This document shows positions 45,598-55,720 of a stretch of 64,000 nucleotides of DNA, in pieces (positions within the stretch are counted from its first letter, which is position 1; every line of letters begins with the position of its first letter). Position numbers and translations under genes: made by a program. The notes under the pieces are model-generated. The model saw nothing but the letters and a program-made list of their open reading frames with translations, had not been told where the DNA came from and searched no databases. Origin of the DNA: Parcubacteria bacterium OLB19 (lineage in GTDB: Bacteria > Patescibacteriota > Minisyncoccia > Phycocordibacterales > UBA918); assembly GCA_001567365.1 (NCBI GenBank), contig JZEL01000013.1, positions 39,058 to 103,057 on the forward strand. The letters are read 5' to 3'.

Positions 45598-45924
45598 CTA
45601 CCCAAATCTCATCTCTCGCCTTGGTATATAAAGATAAATTTTGAAAGAAAGTAAAGAAAACACAATCAGACCGAGACTGATGAGTGTTAAAAATTCACCT
45701 TGAGATACGGCTTGTGAAAATACTTGCCAAACATAAGTAGGAACCGCTCCAAGTTGAACTTGTAGCAAATTATTTAAAATATCCGGTAATGATACCAACT
45801 TAACAAACAAAGCACTGCTGGCACCAAAAACCAGACCAAATAACGTTACAAAATTAAACAACACACTAAGCCAATAGCTATACCAAACTCGACGCATTAT
45901 TCTGTCTCTTATTATAGATGTCAT
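45598..45924 (-). CDS. small membrane protein downstream of the sigma factor (candidate anti-sigma factor)
   Basis: Likely start MTSIIRDRIMRR at ~45924; two TM helices; co-directional ~38 nt after the sigma-factor gene. Confidence 0.35.
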   Translation of the reverse strand: MTSIIRDRIMRRVWYSYWLSVLFNFVTLFGLVFGASSALFVKLVSLPDILNNLLQVQLGAVPTYVWQVFSQAVSQGEFLTLISLGLIVFSLLSFKIYLYIPRREMRFG

Positions 45925-45961
45925 ATTTACATACTTATAACGCTCATAATTTGCAAAAAAG

Positions 45962-46552
45962 TTACATAAATCCTTCAATTTCCCCTTCTCGACTCTCGCG
46001 CCGGAAGGCAATTTTTGCCCGAAAAATGCGCACCTTAACGGTGCCAATCTTTTCGTTGGTAATATTAGCAATATCCTCATGCGACCAGCGCTCTAAATAA
46101 TGCAAACGCAAAACTTGCGCAAAATGACTTGGTAAACGTTCAAGAACTCGCTCAATTCCGTCACGTTTTTCGTCAAAACCACTATGTTCAACCTTTTCAC
46201 CAATAAATTGCTCAAATTCCGGATCAAGATTAATAAACCTCTGCCCTTCCTTTATTAATTTTTGATAACGAGTAAAAGCGGTATTCATCAAAATACGGTA
46301 TGCCCATGAGGAAAATTTAGCATCAGTCTGTGGCGTAAAAGAGTCAGCGTGTATATAAATCTTAGTAAAAGCATCCTGAACTACTTCTTCAGCATCAGCT
46401 TTATTTCTAACAATACCAACAGCCTTACGTAAAAAAGCGGTTTCATAACGATCAACCAAAATTCCAAACAACCAAGGTTGGTTTATAGATAATTTAAGCA
46501 CTTCTTCATCAGAAAATTCATTGGCTTTGGTAGTGGTTGTTAATCCTAACAT
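45962..46552 (-). CDS. RNA polymerase sigma factor, sigma-70 family (ECF-like, regions 2 and 4)
   Basis: Region 2-like VVQDAFTKIYIHADSF; region 4 HTH LERLPSHFAQVLRLHYLERWSHEDIANITNEKIGTVKVRIFRAKIAF. Confidence 0.65.
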   Translation of the reverse strand: MLGLTTTTKANEFSDEEVLKLSINQPWLFGILVDRYETAFLRKAVGIVRNKADAEEVVQDAFTKIYIHADSFTPQTDAKFSSWAYRILMNTAFTRYQKLIKEGQRFINLDPEFEQFIGEKVEHSGFDEKRDGIERVLERLPSHFAQVLRLHYLERWSHEDIANITNEKIGTVKVRIFRAKIAFRRESREGEIEGFM

Positions 46553-46599
46553 ATGGTAGTATCATCTTTGCTTATTTAGTGTAGCATTAAAATTCTTTT

Positions 46600-47175
46600 A
46601 TGGCAGTTTTATCATATAACGAAATTACCCCGAAAAAAGTTATCATTTTTAACGATGAACCGTGTTTAGTCATTTCTTCTCATGTTTTCAGAAAACAAAA
46701 AAGAAAACCGGTCAATATTACTAAACTCAAGGGTCTAAAATCAGGTCGAGCTTTGGAAAACACTTTCCACGTCAACGAAACCGCTGACGAAGCCGAGCTC
46801 GAAAGAAAAGATATTACCTTTATTTACCGCAAAGGTGATGAGTATTGGTTCCATACTGCTGGTAAGCCAAGTGAACGTTTCTCTCTCACCACTGATTTGG
46901 TTGGTGACCAAGGTAAGTTTATGAAAGAGAGATCTGACATTGAGGCTTTAATTTTTGAAAATGAAGTAATTGGAGTAAAAATACCAATTAAAATTGAACT
47001 TAAAGTAAAAGAAGCTATGGACGCCGTCAAAGGCAACACTTCTTCTGGTGCCTTAAAGGAAGTAACTCTCGAAACTGGGGCTACTATCATGGCACCAATG
47101 TTTATCAATACCGGTGACATTATTGCTATCAATACTGAATCAGGAGAATATTCTGAACGAGTGGAGAAAGCTTAA
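46600..47175 (+). CDS. efp: elongation factor P
   Basis: 191 aa; three-domain EF-P pattern including the loop KLKGLKSGRALENTF (position of the conserved modified Lys/Arg) and a C-terminal OB domain. Confidence 0.8.
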   Translation: MAVLSYNEITPKKVIIFNDEPCLVISSHVFRKQKRKPVNITKLKGLKSGRALENTFHVNETADEAELERKDITFIYRKGDEYWFHTAGKPSERFSLTTDLVGDQGKFMKERSDIEALIFENEVIGVKIPIKIELKVKEAMDAVKGNTSSGALKEVTLETGATIMAPMFINTGDIIAINTESGEYSERVEKA

Positions 47176-47187
47176 GTTAGAAAAGAT

Positions 47188-47218
47188 AAAAGGGCGACAC
47201 CGTAGGTGTCGCCCTTTT
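47188..47218 (+). terminator. rho-independent terminator after efp
   Basis: aaaagggcgacacc-gta-ggtgtcgccctttt. Confidence 0.65.
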
Positions 47219-47236
47219 ATCTTTATGTATCTTTAT

Positions 47237-47266
47237 GAAAAAGCGCCGGCTTCGCCGGCGCTTTTT
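47237..47266. terminator. second hairpin terminator (serves minus-strand rpsR)
   Basis: aaaaagcgccggc-ttc-gccggcgcttttt. Confidence 0.65.
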
Positions 47267-47274
47267 CACTTTAA

Positions 47275-47478
47275 TTAGTGCTGAATATAAGGCATCAAGG
47301 CCATAAAACGAGCACGCTTGATAGCACGAGCAAAATCACGTTGTGACTTAGCAGAAAAGCCAGTACGACGACGACTAAACATGCGAGCGTGTGGATTTAC
47401 ATAAGCACCTAGAGCGGTAATATCTTTGTAATCGATATGTTCTAGAGTAGCTTTCTTGTGTAGATTGTGTTGTTCCAT
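47275..47478 (-). CDS. rpsR: 30S ribosomal protein S18
   Basis: ITALGAYVNPHARMFSRRRTGFSAKSQRDFARAIKRARFMALMPY. Confidence 0.85.
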   Translation of the reverse strand: MEQHNLHKKATLEHIDYKDITALGAYVNPHARMFSRRRTGFSAKSQRDFARAIKRARFMALMPYIQH

Positions 47479-47510
47479 AACTGAAAGTTAGCTAATAATA
47501 AGTTTTTTAA

Positions 47511-47945
47511 TTAGAACGGGATGTCTTCGGGATTAATTTCCTCTTCTGGATAATCCGGTAACGCCGAACGATTATCCTCACTACTTCCCTTATCTTGGCC
47601 AGTTGGCGCACCGCCACCAGAATTCTTTGGACCAAATTGTACTCTTTCAGCAATAATTTCAGTACGATATTGTTTCTGACCATCCTTCTCCCAGCTTCGA
47701 GTCTGCATTCGTCCTTCAACGTATGCACTACTGCCCTTAAATAGGTACTTAGCGCAAGTATCAGCCTGCTTTCCAAACACTACGACATTATGGTAATCAG
47801 TTGACTCTTGCCTTTTACCATCTCGGTCGTTATAAACTCGATTAGTAGCTAAAGACATTGAACAAACTTGCATACCGCTCGGTAAGGCCTTGAGCTCCGG
47901 ATCACGGGTTAGGTTACCAAAAATCATTGCTTTGTTAAGATACAT
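47511..47945 (-). CDS. ssb: single-stranded DNA-binding protein
   Basis: OB fold (MYLNKAMIFGNLTRDPELKALPSGMQVCSMSLATN...HNVVVFGKQAD); Gly-rich linker; acidic tail ending DIPF. Confidence 0.85.
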   Translation of the reverse strand: MYLNKAMIFGNLTRDPELKALPSGMQVCSMSLATNRVYNDRDGKRQESTDYHNVVVFGKQADTCAKYLFKGSSAYVEGRMQTRSWEKDGQKQYRTEIIAERVQFGPKNSGGGAPTGQDKGSSEDNRSALPDYPEEEINPEDIPF

Positions 47946-47974
47946 ATTTTTTAAATTAGTCGATTAGACGCTAA

Positions 47975-48490
47975 TTATACTGTTTCTTTCTCCTCTTTTC
48001 TATCCTCTCCCTCTACTGTTTCCTCAGTTTCCTCTCCTTCAACCACCTCTTCATCACCTTCAATATCTTCGTCGGTAATAATACGAACTTGTTTATTAAC
48101 GATAGAATCGTGGAAACGGAACGGGTGTTGTTCTTCAACCTTGGTAAGTTTTACGATAAGAAAACGTAACAATTCCTTAGTTTCATCAAAAGTTTCAGTT
48201 AATTCATTTAACTCTGATGAACTTAGGCGAAAACGTACCCAACCAAAGTAAGCACTACCGAATTTTCTATTCTTGCCTTCAAGGTACTTAACAATCTCGT
48301 AAGCTAGATCGAAACGCTTTGGTGTCTCCTCGTCGGTAATAACACCGCCGATCTTAGTAATATGGTTTTTGAGCTTATCAAAAACGCTAGTCACTTCCCC
48401 TTCAGCAACTGTTGGAAGTATATGGAAGGCAAATTCGTAGCTAACAAGCTCGTTTTCCGCCTCAATTGCTGGCATCTTTGTTTCTGACAT
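47975..48490 (-). CDS. rpsF: 30S ribosomal protein S6 with acidic C-terminal extension
   Basis: YEFAFHILPTVAEGEVTSVFDKLKNHITKIGGVI; conserved rpsF-ssb-rpsR order. Confidence 0.8.
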   Translation of the reverse strand: MSETKMPAIEAENELVSYEFAFHILPTVAEGEVTSVFDKLKNHITKIGGVITDEETPKRFDLAYEIVKYLEGKNRKFGSAYFGWVRFRLSSSELNELTETFDETKELLRFLIVKLTKVEEQHPFRFHDSIVNKQVRIITDEDIEGDEEVVEGEETEETVEGEDRKEEKETV

Positions 48491-48836
48491 GTGTACAGGA
48501 ACTTAATCTAATAACGGCGCTACATTAACACATAAATATAGTTTTTTCAAGGAAATTTTTATATAAAAACCCCTAAACAGCCTATTGGCGTTTGGGGTTT
48601 GAGTGAGCGTTGCGCTTACTTTATTTTTCTGATTCTTTTCCCTCCTTGGAAAAAGGGTTTGTTATAACAGCTAAAAAAATGAACAAAAGAACAAAACTTA
48701 AACCGGACAACATAACTGGATCCACGACTATCTCCTTTTTTGTTTTCAGAAAAATTTCACATTTTTTGTGAAGTGCACATTATAGTACTGTTACTGTTTG
48801 GTGTCAATACAGTGTGTTGTGTGTTAAAATACACAC

Positions 48837-49787
48837 ATGTCAACCGACTCTCAAGCTAAATTCCCTCCCTCAGTAATCTTACCTATCATCATTTTTATCC
48901 TCCTAGCCTCTTTAGTGATATATCTTTTTCTAGAAAATAGCGAGAAAGAACAACGAATCACAAATTTAGAAACCGAAAAACTTAACACGCAAAGAGACTT
49001 AGTAAACACCACCAACACCTTACTAAAAGAGCGTGAGCAAGCCAGCTCAACCATAAACGAATTAGCTGGACGATTATCTCTTACCAGTGAAGAACTGGCC
49101 GATATAGAAAAAGATTTTGAACGAGAAAAAGAAAAGAACGAAGAATTTGAAAAACAAATACGCAAAATATCCGGCACAGTAAATAACTTAGACAAACTTT
49201 CAAAAACTGATAAAGAGTTACTACAAAAATACTCTCGTACTTATTTCTTAAACGAAAACTTCATTCCAATGAAGCTAAAGAAAATAGACAATCAGTATGT
49301 GATGCCAGATAAAACTGATTTATATTTTCACGGTAACGCAGTTGGATTTTTAGAAGAGATGTTAGATGATGCTAAAGAAGCTGGCTTTGATATCAGAATT
49401 ATTTCTGCTTATCGTTCTTTTGATGAGCAAGCTGACCTAAAGGGTCAATATACTCAAATCTATGGTAGTGGCTCCAATGCTTTTTCTGCGGATCAAGGTT
49501 ATTCTGAACACCAACTCGGTACAACCGTCGATATTGTCGACATGGAAACTCGCACTACTTCACAAAGTTTTGGACAGACTGAAGCTTTTAAATGGCTAGA
49601 AGATAATGCTTATCGTTACGGTTTTGTCCTCTCCTACCCTGAAAATAATGAGTTTTATATTTATGAACCTTGGCATTGGCGTTTTGTCGGCGTCGACCTA
49701 GCGCGAGACCTACACCGAGCCGATGCCCAATTTTATGAATGGGATCAAAGAAAAATTGATGAGTATTTGATTAAAATATTTGATTAA
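48837..49787 (+). CDS. membrane-anchored D-alanyl-D-alanine carboxypeptidase, VanY / peptidase M15B (LAS) family
   Basis: N-terminal TM and coiled coil; catalytic ISAYRSFDEQ, SEHQLGTTVDI (SxHxxGxAxD) and EPWHWRF (EPWH). Confidence 0.7.
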   Translation: MSTDSQAKFPPSVILPIIIFILLASLVIYLFLENSEKEQRITNLETEKLNTQRDLVNTTNTLLKEREQASSTINELAGRLSLTSEELADIEKDFEREKEKNEEFEKQIRKISGTVNNLDKLSKTDKELLQKYSRTYFLNENFIPMKLKKIDNQYVMPDKTDLYFHGNAVGFLEEMLDDAKEAGFDIRIISAYRSFDEQADLKGQYTQIYGSGSNAFSADQGYSEHQLGTTVDIVDMETRTTSQSFGQTEAFKWLEDNAYRYGFVLSYPENNEFYIYEPWHWRFVGVDLARDLHRADAQFYEWDQRKIDEYLIKIFD

Positions 49788-49840
49788 AACTACATAAAAA
49801 AAGGCGCGGGCGAAGCCCGCGCCTCTTTTATGTAGTTTTA
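49787..49840. terminator. extended bidirectional terminator hairpin
   Basis: taaaactacataaaaaaggcgcgggc-gaa-gcccgcgcctcttttatgtagtttta (GC core plus AT extension). Confidence 0.65.
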
Positions 49841-49843
49841 ATC

Positions 49844-50704
49844 CTAAATTAACCTCACCCCATACAACCTCTCCGCATTCTTCAATAACTGTTCCTGCAC
49901 TTCTTCAACTGGCAAGGCTTTTATTTCAGCTATCTTCTTTACTACTTCTTTAACATACATCGGCTCACATCTCTTTCCTCTATAAGGCACTGGTGCCACA
50001 TAGGGACTATCGGTTTCGGCATGCATTAGATCTAGTGGTACAAACTGCACCACCTCTTTATAAACTTTAGCAAAAGTGATGACTCCGGTGAAAGACACAG
50101 TAAATCCAAGTTCAAAGAATTTTTTCGCCTGTTCGTAAGTACCAGCATAAAAGTGAATATTGCCCGGTACTTTAGCGTAATGCTTCAAGATAGAATGTAC
50201 ATCTTCATAAGCACTTCGCCCTGTCGGACTTTCCCCACCAGCTTTTGGATCACGAGTATGAATCATTAAAGGGAGATTTAGTTCATTAGCTAATTCTATT
50301 TGGGCAATAAATGCCCCTTCCTGCACCTCATAACTTTCCGGTGTCGTATGAAAATAATCAAAACCACACTCCCCAATTCCCACCACTTTTTTGCTTTTTG
50401 CTAACTCACGATAAAAATCTTTATTAAAGATTTCACCTTTAGAATTAAAAGGCTGGCCGTTCTCTCCAACCGTTTCCTCATCATGATGTCCGGGAGTAGT
50501 CTGAATTGGATGAAGACCAACAATCGCCCAGGCTCCGTCATTAGCTTCCGCTATCTCTACCGCTTTTTGACTAGTAGTTTCCTTAGTACCGACATTTATA
50601 TGCGCCACCCCAGCCTCGCGAGTCCGCAACAAAACTTCTTCCCTGTCATCATTAAAAGCTGAGAGATTGAGGTGGGTGTGAGTGTCGATATGAGTATATT
50701 TCAT
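49844..50704 (-). CDS. tatD: TatD-family metal-dependent hydrolase
   Basis: MKYTHIDTHTHLN; conserved His/Glu/Asp pattern of TatD. Confidence 0.8.
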   Translation of the reverse strand: MKYTHIDTHTHLNLSAFNDDREEVLLRTREAGVAHINVGTKETTSQKAVEIAEANDGAWAIVGLHPIQTTPGHHDEETVGENGQPFNSKGEIFNKDFYRELAKSKKVVGIGECGFDYFHTTPESYEVQEGAFIAQIELANELNLPLMIHTRDPKAGGESPTGRSAYEDVHSILKHYAKVPGNIHFYAGTYEQAKKFFELGFTVSFTGVITFAKVYKEVVQFVPLDLMHAETDSPYVAPVPYRGKRCEPMYVKEVVKKIAEIKALPVEEVQEQLLKNAERLYGVRLI

Positions 50705-50716
50705 AACTGAATACAG

Positions 50717-52171
50717 TTAATTCTCCAGACGTTTAAATAAATTATCTGGTTTTTTGTTTTCTTCAATAGCTTCGAGAATAATACGGGAAGTTTCTGGCAT
50801 AATTGGCTTTAATCGTAGAGCAATTAAATGCAATCCTTCTCGTAAAAACTTAATATTTTCTTTACCTTTATCAGGATCAGTTTTCACTAACTTATATGGT
50901 TCAACGTCTGTAATAAACTCGTCAAATTTTTTAATATTTGCCCAAACAACGTTAATAGTTTCTGAGAAATTAAACTCATTAATCGTATTTGTATAATTAT
51001 TTGAATATATTTCATCCCAATGTTGTTTTATCACATTGTCATTGTTGGTAAAATCTTCCAAATGCGTCTCCGCCATCTTCATTACTCTCGCTACCAGATT
51101 ACCTAAACCATTCACCAAATTTGCAGTGTACCATTCGTCAAGTTTTTCCCACGTAATATCTGTATCATCAAAAGGATGGACGTGTCGTAAAAGTAAATAA
51201 CGAGTCGCATCAGTACCATAACGTTCAATCAATTCGTATGGGCTGATAACATTACCTAAAGATTTGCTCATTTTTTGTCCGCCACTATTGATAAAGCCGT
51301 GGTAAACCACTTTATCAGTAGCTTTAATACCAGCACTCTTAAGCATTGCTTGCCACATAATTGACTGAAAACGCACCTGATCTTTTCCAGCCAATTGTAA
51401 AACCTCACCATCAACCCAAAACTTTTTAAAATCTCCCTCTTCGTTTGGCCAATCAAGTGTAGAAATATAATTAGTTAAAGCGTCAAACCACACATACATT
51501 ACTTGACCTTCATCATCAGGTACTGGAATACCCCAGTTTAATCTAGACTTTTCGCGAGAGATACTAAAATCTTCAAGACCTGCTTTCACAAAATTTAATG
51601 CCTCCTGTCTTCTCCAGTCTGGCAAGACCACACCCTCCTGCCCTAAATATTCTTCCAAATATTCTTGATAATTCGAAAGTTTAAAAAAGTAATTTTCTTC
51701 TTCAATAAGTTCTGGCACAGTATTGTGATCAAGACATTTACCATCAACCAAATCTGACTCCGTTTTAAAAGCTTCACAACCAACACAATACAGACCAGAA
51801 TATTTCTTTTTATAAATATCACCTTTCACTGCACAACGTCGCCAAATTTCTTGGGCCGCTAATTTATGAGCTTCGTCGGTCGTGCGAATAAAATTGTCGC
51901 AAGAAAGATTAAGAGCTGAACTTAGTTTTCTAAACTCATTAGCGTAATGATCAACATATTCTTGCCTGTCTACACCTTGTTCGTCAGCCTTTTGAGCGAT
52001 TTTTTGTCCGTGTTCGTCGGTACCGGTATTAAAAAAGACTTCGTATCCTAAGAGCCGATAGTAACGAGCCAAAACATCGGCCTGTAAGACCTCATAACCA
52101 AAACCAATATGCGGATCGGCATTTACATATGGCAATGTGGTGGTGATATATTTGGCTTTTTTATTTGGCAT
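50717..52171 (-). CDS. metG: methionyl-tRNA synthetase (minimal form)
   Basis: TTTLPYVNADPHIGFGYEVLQADVLARYYRL (HIGH-region variant); KMSKSLGNVI. Confidence 0.85.
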   Translation of the reverse strand: MPNKKAKYITTTLPYVNADPHIGFGYEVLQADVLARYYRLLGYEVFFNTGTDEHGQKIAQKADEQGVDRQEYVDHYANEFRKLSSALNLSCDNFIRTTDEAHKLAAQEIWRRCAVKGDIYKKKYSGLYCVGCEAFKTESDLVDGKCLDHNTVPELIEEENYFFKLSNYQEYLEEYLGQEGVVLPDWRRQEALNFVKAGLEDFSISREKSRLNWGIPVPDDEGQVMYVWFDALTNYISTLDWPNEEGDFKKFWVDGEVLQLAGKDQVRFQSIMWQAMLKSAGIKATDKVVYHGFINSGGQKMSKSLGNVISPYELIERYGTDATRYLLLRHVHPFDDTDITWEKLDEWYTANLVNGLGNLVARVMKMAETHLEDFTNNDNVIKQHWDEIYSNNYTNTINEFNFSETINVVWANIKKFDEFITDVEPYKLVKTDPDKGKENIKFLREGLHLIALRLKPIMPETSRIILEAIEENKKPDNLFKRLEN

Positions 52172-52313
52172 AGTAAAGATACTTTAGCACCAAAATTACA
52201 AACAGCAAACAGACCCTAAACTATTTTAGAAACCTCGCGGAAAAACTATGTCAATAGTTTTGAGCGGAGAACTTGATTCGTGTTTCTAAAATAGTTTAGG
52301 GTCTGTTTAATAA

Positions 52314-53693
52314 CTACTTCAAATACTCTACCAATTCCGCAATTTTTACTCTCGTTTGCTCACCTGTATCTCTATCACGTACAGTAACTGTGTCTTTTAA
52401 TTCTGGTTTTTCCTCTCCTAAAGTTTCAAAATCAATCACGACACAATATGGCGTACCAATCTCATCTTGTCGGCGGTAGCGTTTGCCGATATTGCCATTG
52501 TCGTCAAAAGCAACATTACCAAATTCTTTTTTAAGAACAGCAAAAACTTCTCGGGCTTTTGTCACTAGTTCTGGTTTATTCTTTAGAAGTGGTGATACCG
52601 CTACACGGAAAGGCGCTAAATGTACTGGTAATTTTAGATAAGTTCTAACCTCACCATTCATTTCATCCTCTGTATAAGCTTCCGACAAAACCGCCGTCAA
52701 AGCTCGCCCAACACCAAAAGAAGGCTCAATCACATGTGGAATATATCTCGAACCATCAGCTTCTATATATTCCATTGTTACACCGCTAGCCTTCATGTGA
52801 TTTTTTAAGTCGTGATCGGTTCGGTAAGCAAAACCGGCCAACTCATCAAAACCTTTGCCCGGAAAATCGTATTCAAAGTCAATTGTACGCTTACTATAGT
52901 GAGCCAGGTCATTAGCTGGTACTTCATACTCTCTGACATTTTCTCTTTTCAATCCTAAGTGATCAAACCATTTCCAAATAGCTACTCGCCATTCTTCAAA
53001 AGATTTTACCCACTCTTCTTCCTTAACAAAATATTCAATTTCCATTTGTTCAAATTCACGTACTCGGAAAAGATATTCACGCGGAGCAATCTCATTACGG
53101 AAAGCTTTACCAATTTGTCCAATACCGAAAGGCATTTTAGGTGCCATTGAATCCAATACGTTTTTGAAATTCACAAAAATTCCCTGTGCGGTTTCTGGAC
53201 GAAGATATACTTTACCATCTGGTCCAGCGGTAGCACCGATAGTAGTTTCAAACATTAGATTAAATTGTCTTGCTGGTGACAGACTATTTCCTTTTGGACT
53301 CTTAATTCCCTTTTCGGAAATTATTTTATCAATATCGGCAAGTGACATACCTTCAGCATCAAGACCGTTATCCTTGAGTAAGTGATCAGCTCGGTAACGC
53401 TCACCGGTTTCCAAATCTTCAACTAACGGGTCACAAAAACCTGCTCCTGTATGTCCTGAAGCCTCCCAAACTTTAGCATTCATCAAAATTGCAGCGTCAA
53501 GACCGTACATGTCTTCCCTACCATCAACAAACATTTTCCACCACTCACGCTTAATGTTATTGTTTAGAGTTACACCTAAAGGTCCGAAATCCCAAGTCCC
53601 TTTTAATCCCCCATAAATCTCACTACCTTGAAATACAAAACCTCTTCGCTTACAAAGCGAAACGATTTTCTCCATCTTATTTTCGTTTTTCAT
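52314..53693 (-). CDS. glyQS: glycyl-tRNA synthetase (dimeric alpha2 type)
   Basis: RRGFVFQGSEIYGGLKGTWDFGPLG N-terminal motif and class II motifs. Confidence 0.85.
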   Translation of the reverse strand: MKNENKMEKIVSLCKRRGFVFQGSEIYGGLKGTWDFGPLGVTLNNNIKREWWKMFVDGREDMYGLDAAILMNAKVWEASGHTGAGFCDPLVEDLETGERYRADHLLKDNGLDAEGMSLADIDKIISEKGIKSPKGNSLSPARQFNLMFETTIGATAGPDGKVYLRPETAQGIFVNFKNVLDSMAPKMPFGIGQIGKAFRNEIAPREYLFRVREFEQMEIEYFVKEEEWVKSFEEWRVAIWKWFDHLGLKRENVREYEVPANDLAHYSKRTIDFEYDFPGKGFDELAGFAYRTDHDLKNHMKASGVTMEYIEADGSRYIPHVIEPSFGVGRALTAVLSEAYTEDEMNGEVRTYLKLPVHLAPFRVAVSPLLKNKPELVTKAREVFAVLKKEFGNVAFDDNGNIGKRYRRQDEIGTPYCVVIDFETLGEEKPELKDTVTVRDRDTGEQTRVKIAELVEYLK

Positions 53694-53706
53694 ACACTAA
53701 AATCCA

Positions 53707-55686
53707 CTACTGACTCTTAACTAAACCACTATCTTGACCAAACCCTTGTTCAGCTGATAGTTCTGTACCCAACCTTTCCTTCTTAACTTGCAAAGTTCCC
53801 TCAGTGAAGCGGTCTTTAGCTCTTAAATCTTGATCTTCAATGAGTGTTAATGTTCTACCAATATGCGTGACACTTGGCAAGAGGGCAACTTTTATTTTCA
53901 TAATCTTACTCTTGTTAGCTGAAATATCACCAGCTTCCCAAACCAATTGTTTTGAAACCGGATTAAATTCAATCTTTCCTTCTCCGTCAGTTGTATTGAG
54001 CCAAGAAACGTACTGAGGCAAAGATGTGGTCAACACCGCTTTGGTAATATCATTAACCCCAGCTACAGCCTCAAGCGTGATCGTGTATTCAGTTTTTTGC
54101 CCAGCTACTGGTGGCACTGGCCCTTGATCAGTTTCTAAATGTGCCACCTCACTATTGATTTTTATTTCTGAAGAATATTTTGCCTCAGCAACGGCTGTAC
54201 CAATCAGCTCTTCGCTGGCATTTGACTCATTAACACGTCTAGCAAAAACTTTAACTGACAAATCAAAAGCGCCAGTAGCCTGACTAGCGTCAGGATCAAC
54301 TATAAACTTAAAATCGCGAGACTCGCCAGGTTTTACTTGCTCAAGAGAAGGCATACTGGATATCTCCCAACTAATCTTTTTTGCGCCAGCGTCAAAATAG
54401 CCATTAGATACTGAAACATTATTATCTCTGACCATATTACCGATAGGCATAAGCTCAACTCGCATATCATAGACTGATGCATCCAAAGTATTTTTAACCG
54501 TTACAGTAACATCGGTTGTGTCAGCAGTACTTAAAACGGCCTTACCATCGCTATCATTATTTATATTTACCACCACCCCAATAAACGGTTCTTCGATTTG
54601 GTAATTTAATTTAGTTTGCGTCAAAACTGAACCGAGAGCAAATTGATTATCGACTCGTGGATTACCGGCCTTAAACTGAATTTCAGATGATTCGCTAGCT
54701 AGTCCAGTGACCAAACCACGGATTTTTATGATGTAAGTATTATTGGGTAATATTTCTTCTATCAACCACTCACCCTGACCATGAGCCGGTGCTGGTTCAG
54801 AACTTATCTGCGAAAAAGTATTTGGATAAGTAGCACTAATCAAAATGTTTTTCATCGGTGAAGTTGAGTTAGATTGAACAGTTAGAGTAATTTCCATCTC
54901 CTGCCCCGATGAAATCTTCTCCACCGAATTTACCCGCAACACCAAAGGCGAAGAATTGATTTTTACAATCACCGGTTCAGCCTCTTTATAAAAAGTTCCA
55001 TTTGAGTTGACAATCCGATATTCAATTGTAGCCTTAATTTGCTTCTCTTCATTTTCTTCACCAAAAAGAATGGCTTTGGTGGGTATATTGAGAACCTGCC
55101 CCGGATCAATCTTTTCTATTGGTATTCTTTCCTCATAAAGATCCTTTCCCGCCTCTTCGGCCGACTTTGTGCCTGCTGGATAATTAATAATCAGCGTTGC
55201 TGATTCAATAGCTACAGAATTCTGATTAGTAACACTTAACTGTAAAGGTAGAACATCACCACCGGCTACAGAAAAAGGTACGTCCATGGATAAGTTTATG
55301 TTATTGCCAGAAATTTGATTACTACCAAAAAACATATAAGCTCCAGAGACCAACAACGCCAACAAAAACACACCGAAACTAAAGATCAAAATCAACTTAC
55401 GATACGGACGTTTCGGTTTATCGGGTGAAAAAACCGCACTATCAACTTCTTGCTCCGAAAAACTTTCTGGTTCGGCTTTGATATCTTCATGTACAATTGA
55501 AGGTTGAGCGACCGGTGCTGGGTTTGGATTAATATCTTTATCTTTTGGTAAAGAATTGTTCCAACCACGAGACACCTCGATTGAAGGACGCGTTAAATCG
55601 TGTCTTTCGGTACGAACCGTTCCACCACTGCGTTCATAAAGACGTTTACGTAACTCATCGATATTTTCCTGCTCTTTAATTGACAT
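53707..55686 (-). CDS. hypothetical membrane protein with large extracytoplasmic beta-sandwich-repeat region (DUF11/CARDB-like)
   Basis: Cytoplasmic N-region, a TM helix LILIFSFGVFLLALLVSGAYMFFG, then repeated beta-rich segments (e.g. LPLQLSVTNQNSVAIESATLIINYPAGT). Confidence 0.45.
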   Translation of the reverse strand: MSIKEQENIDELRKRLYERSGGTVRTERHDLTRPSIEVSRGWNNSLPKDKDINPNPAPVAQPSIVHEDIKAEPESFSEQEVDSAVFSPDKPKRPYRKLILIFSFGVFLLALLVSGAYMFFGSNQISGNNINLSMDVPFSVAGGDVLPLQLSVTNQNSVAIESATLIINYPAGTKSAEEAGKDLYEERIPIEKIDPGQVLNIPTKAILFGEENEEKQIKATIEYRIVNSNGTFYKEAEPVIVKINSSPLVLRVNSVEKISSGQEMEITLTVQSNSTSPMKNILISATYPNTFSQISSEPAPAHGQGEWLIEEILPNNTYIIKIRGLVTGLASESSEIQFKAGNPRVDNQFALGSVLTQTKLNYQIEEPFIGVVVNINNDSDGKAVLSTADTTDVTVTVKNTLDASVYDMRVELMPIGNMVRDNNVSVSNGYFDAGAKKISWEISSMPSLEQVKPGESRDFKFIVDPDASQATGAFDLSVKVFARRVNESNASEELIGTAVAEAKYSSEIKINSEVAHLETDQGPVPPVAGQKTEYTITLEAVAGVNDITKAVLTTSLPQYVSWLNTTDGEGKIEFNPVSKQLVWEAGDISANKSKIMKIKVALLPSVTHIGRTLTLIEDQDLRAKDRFTEGTLQVKKERLGTELSAEQGFGQDSGLVKSQ

Positions 55687-55720
55687 ACTTAAGTCGAATT
55701 ATACCACCAAACACAAAGAG

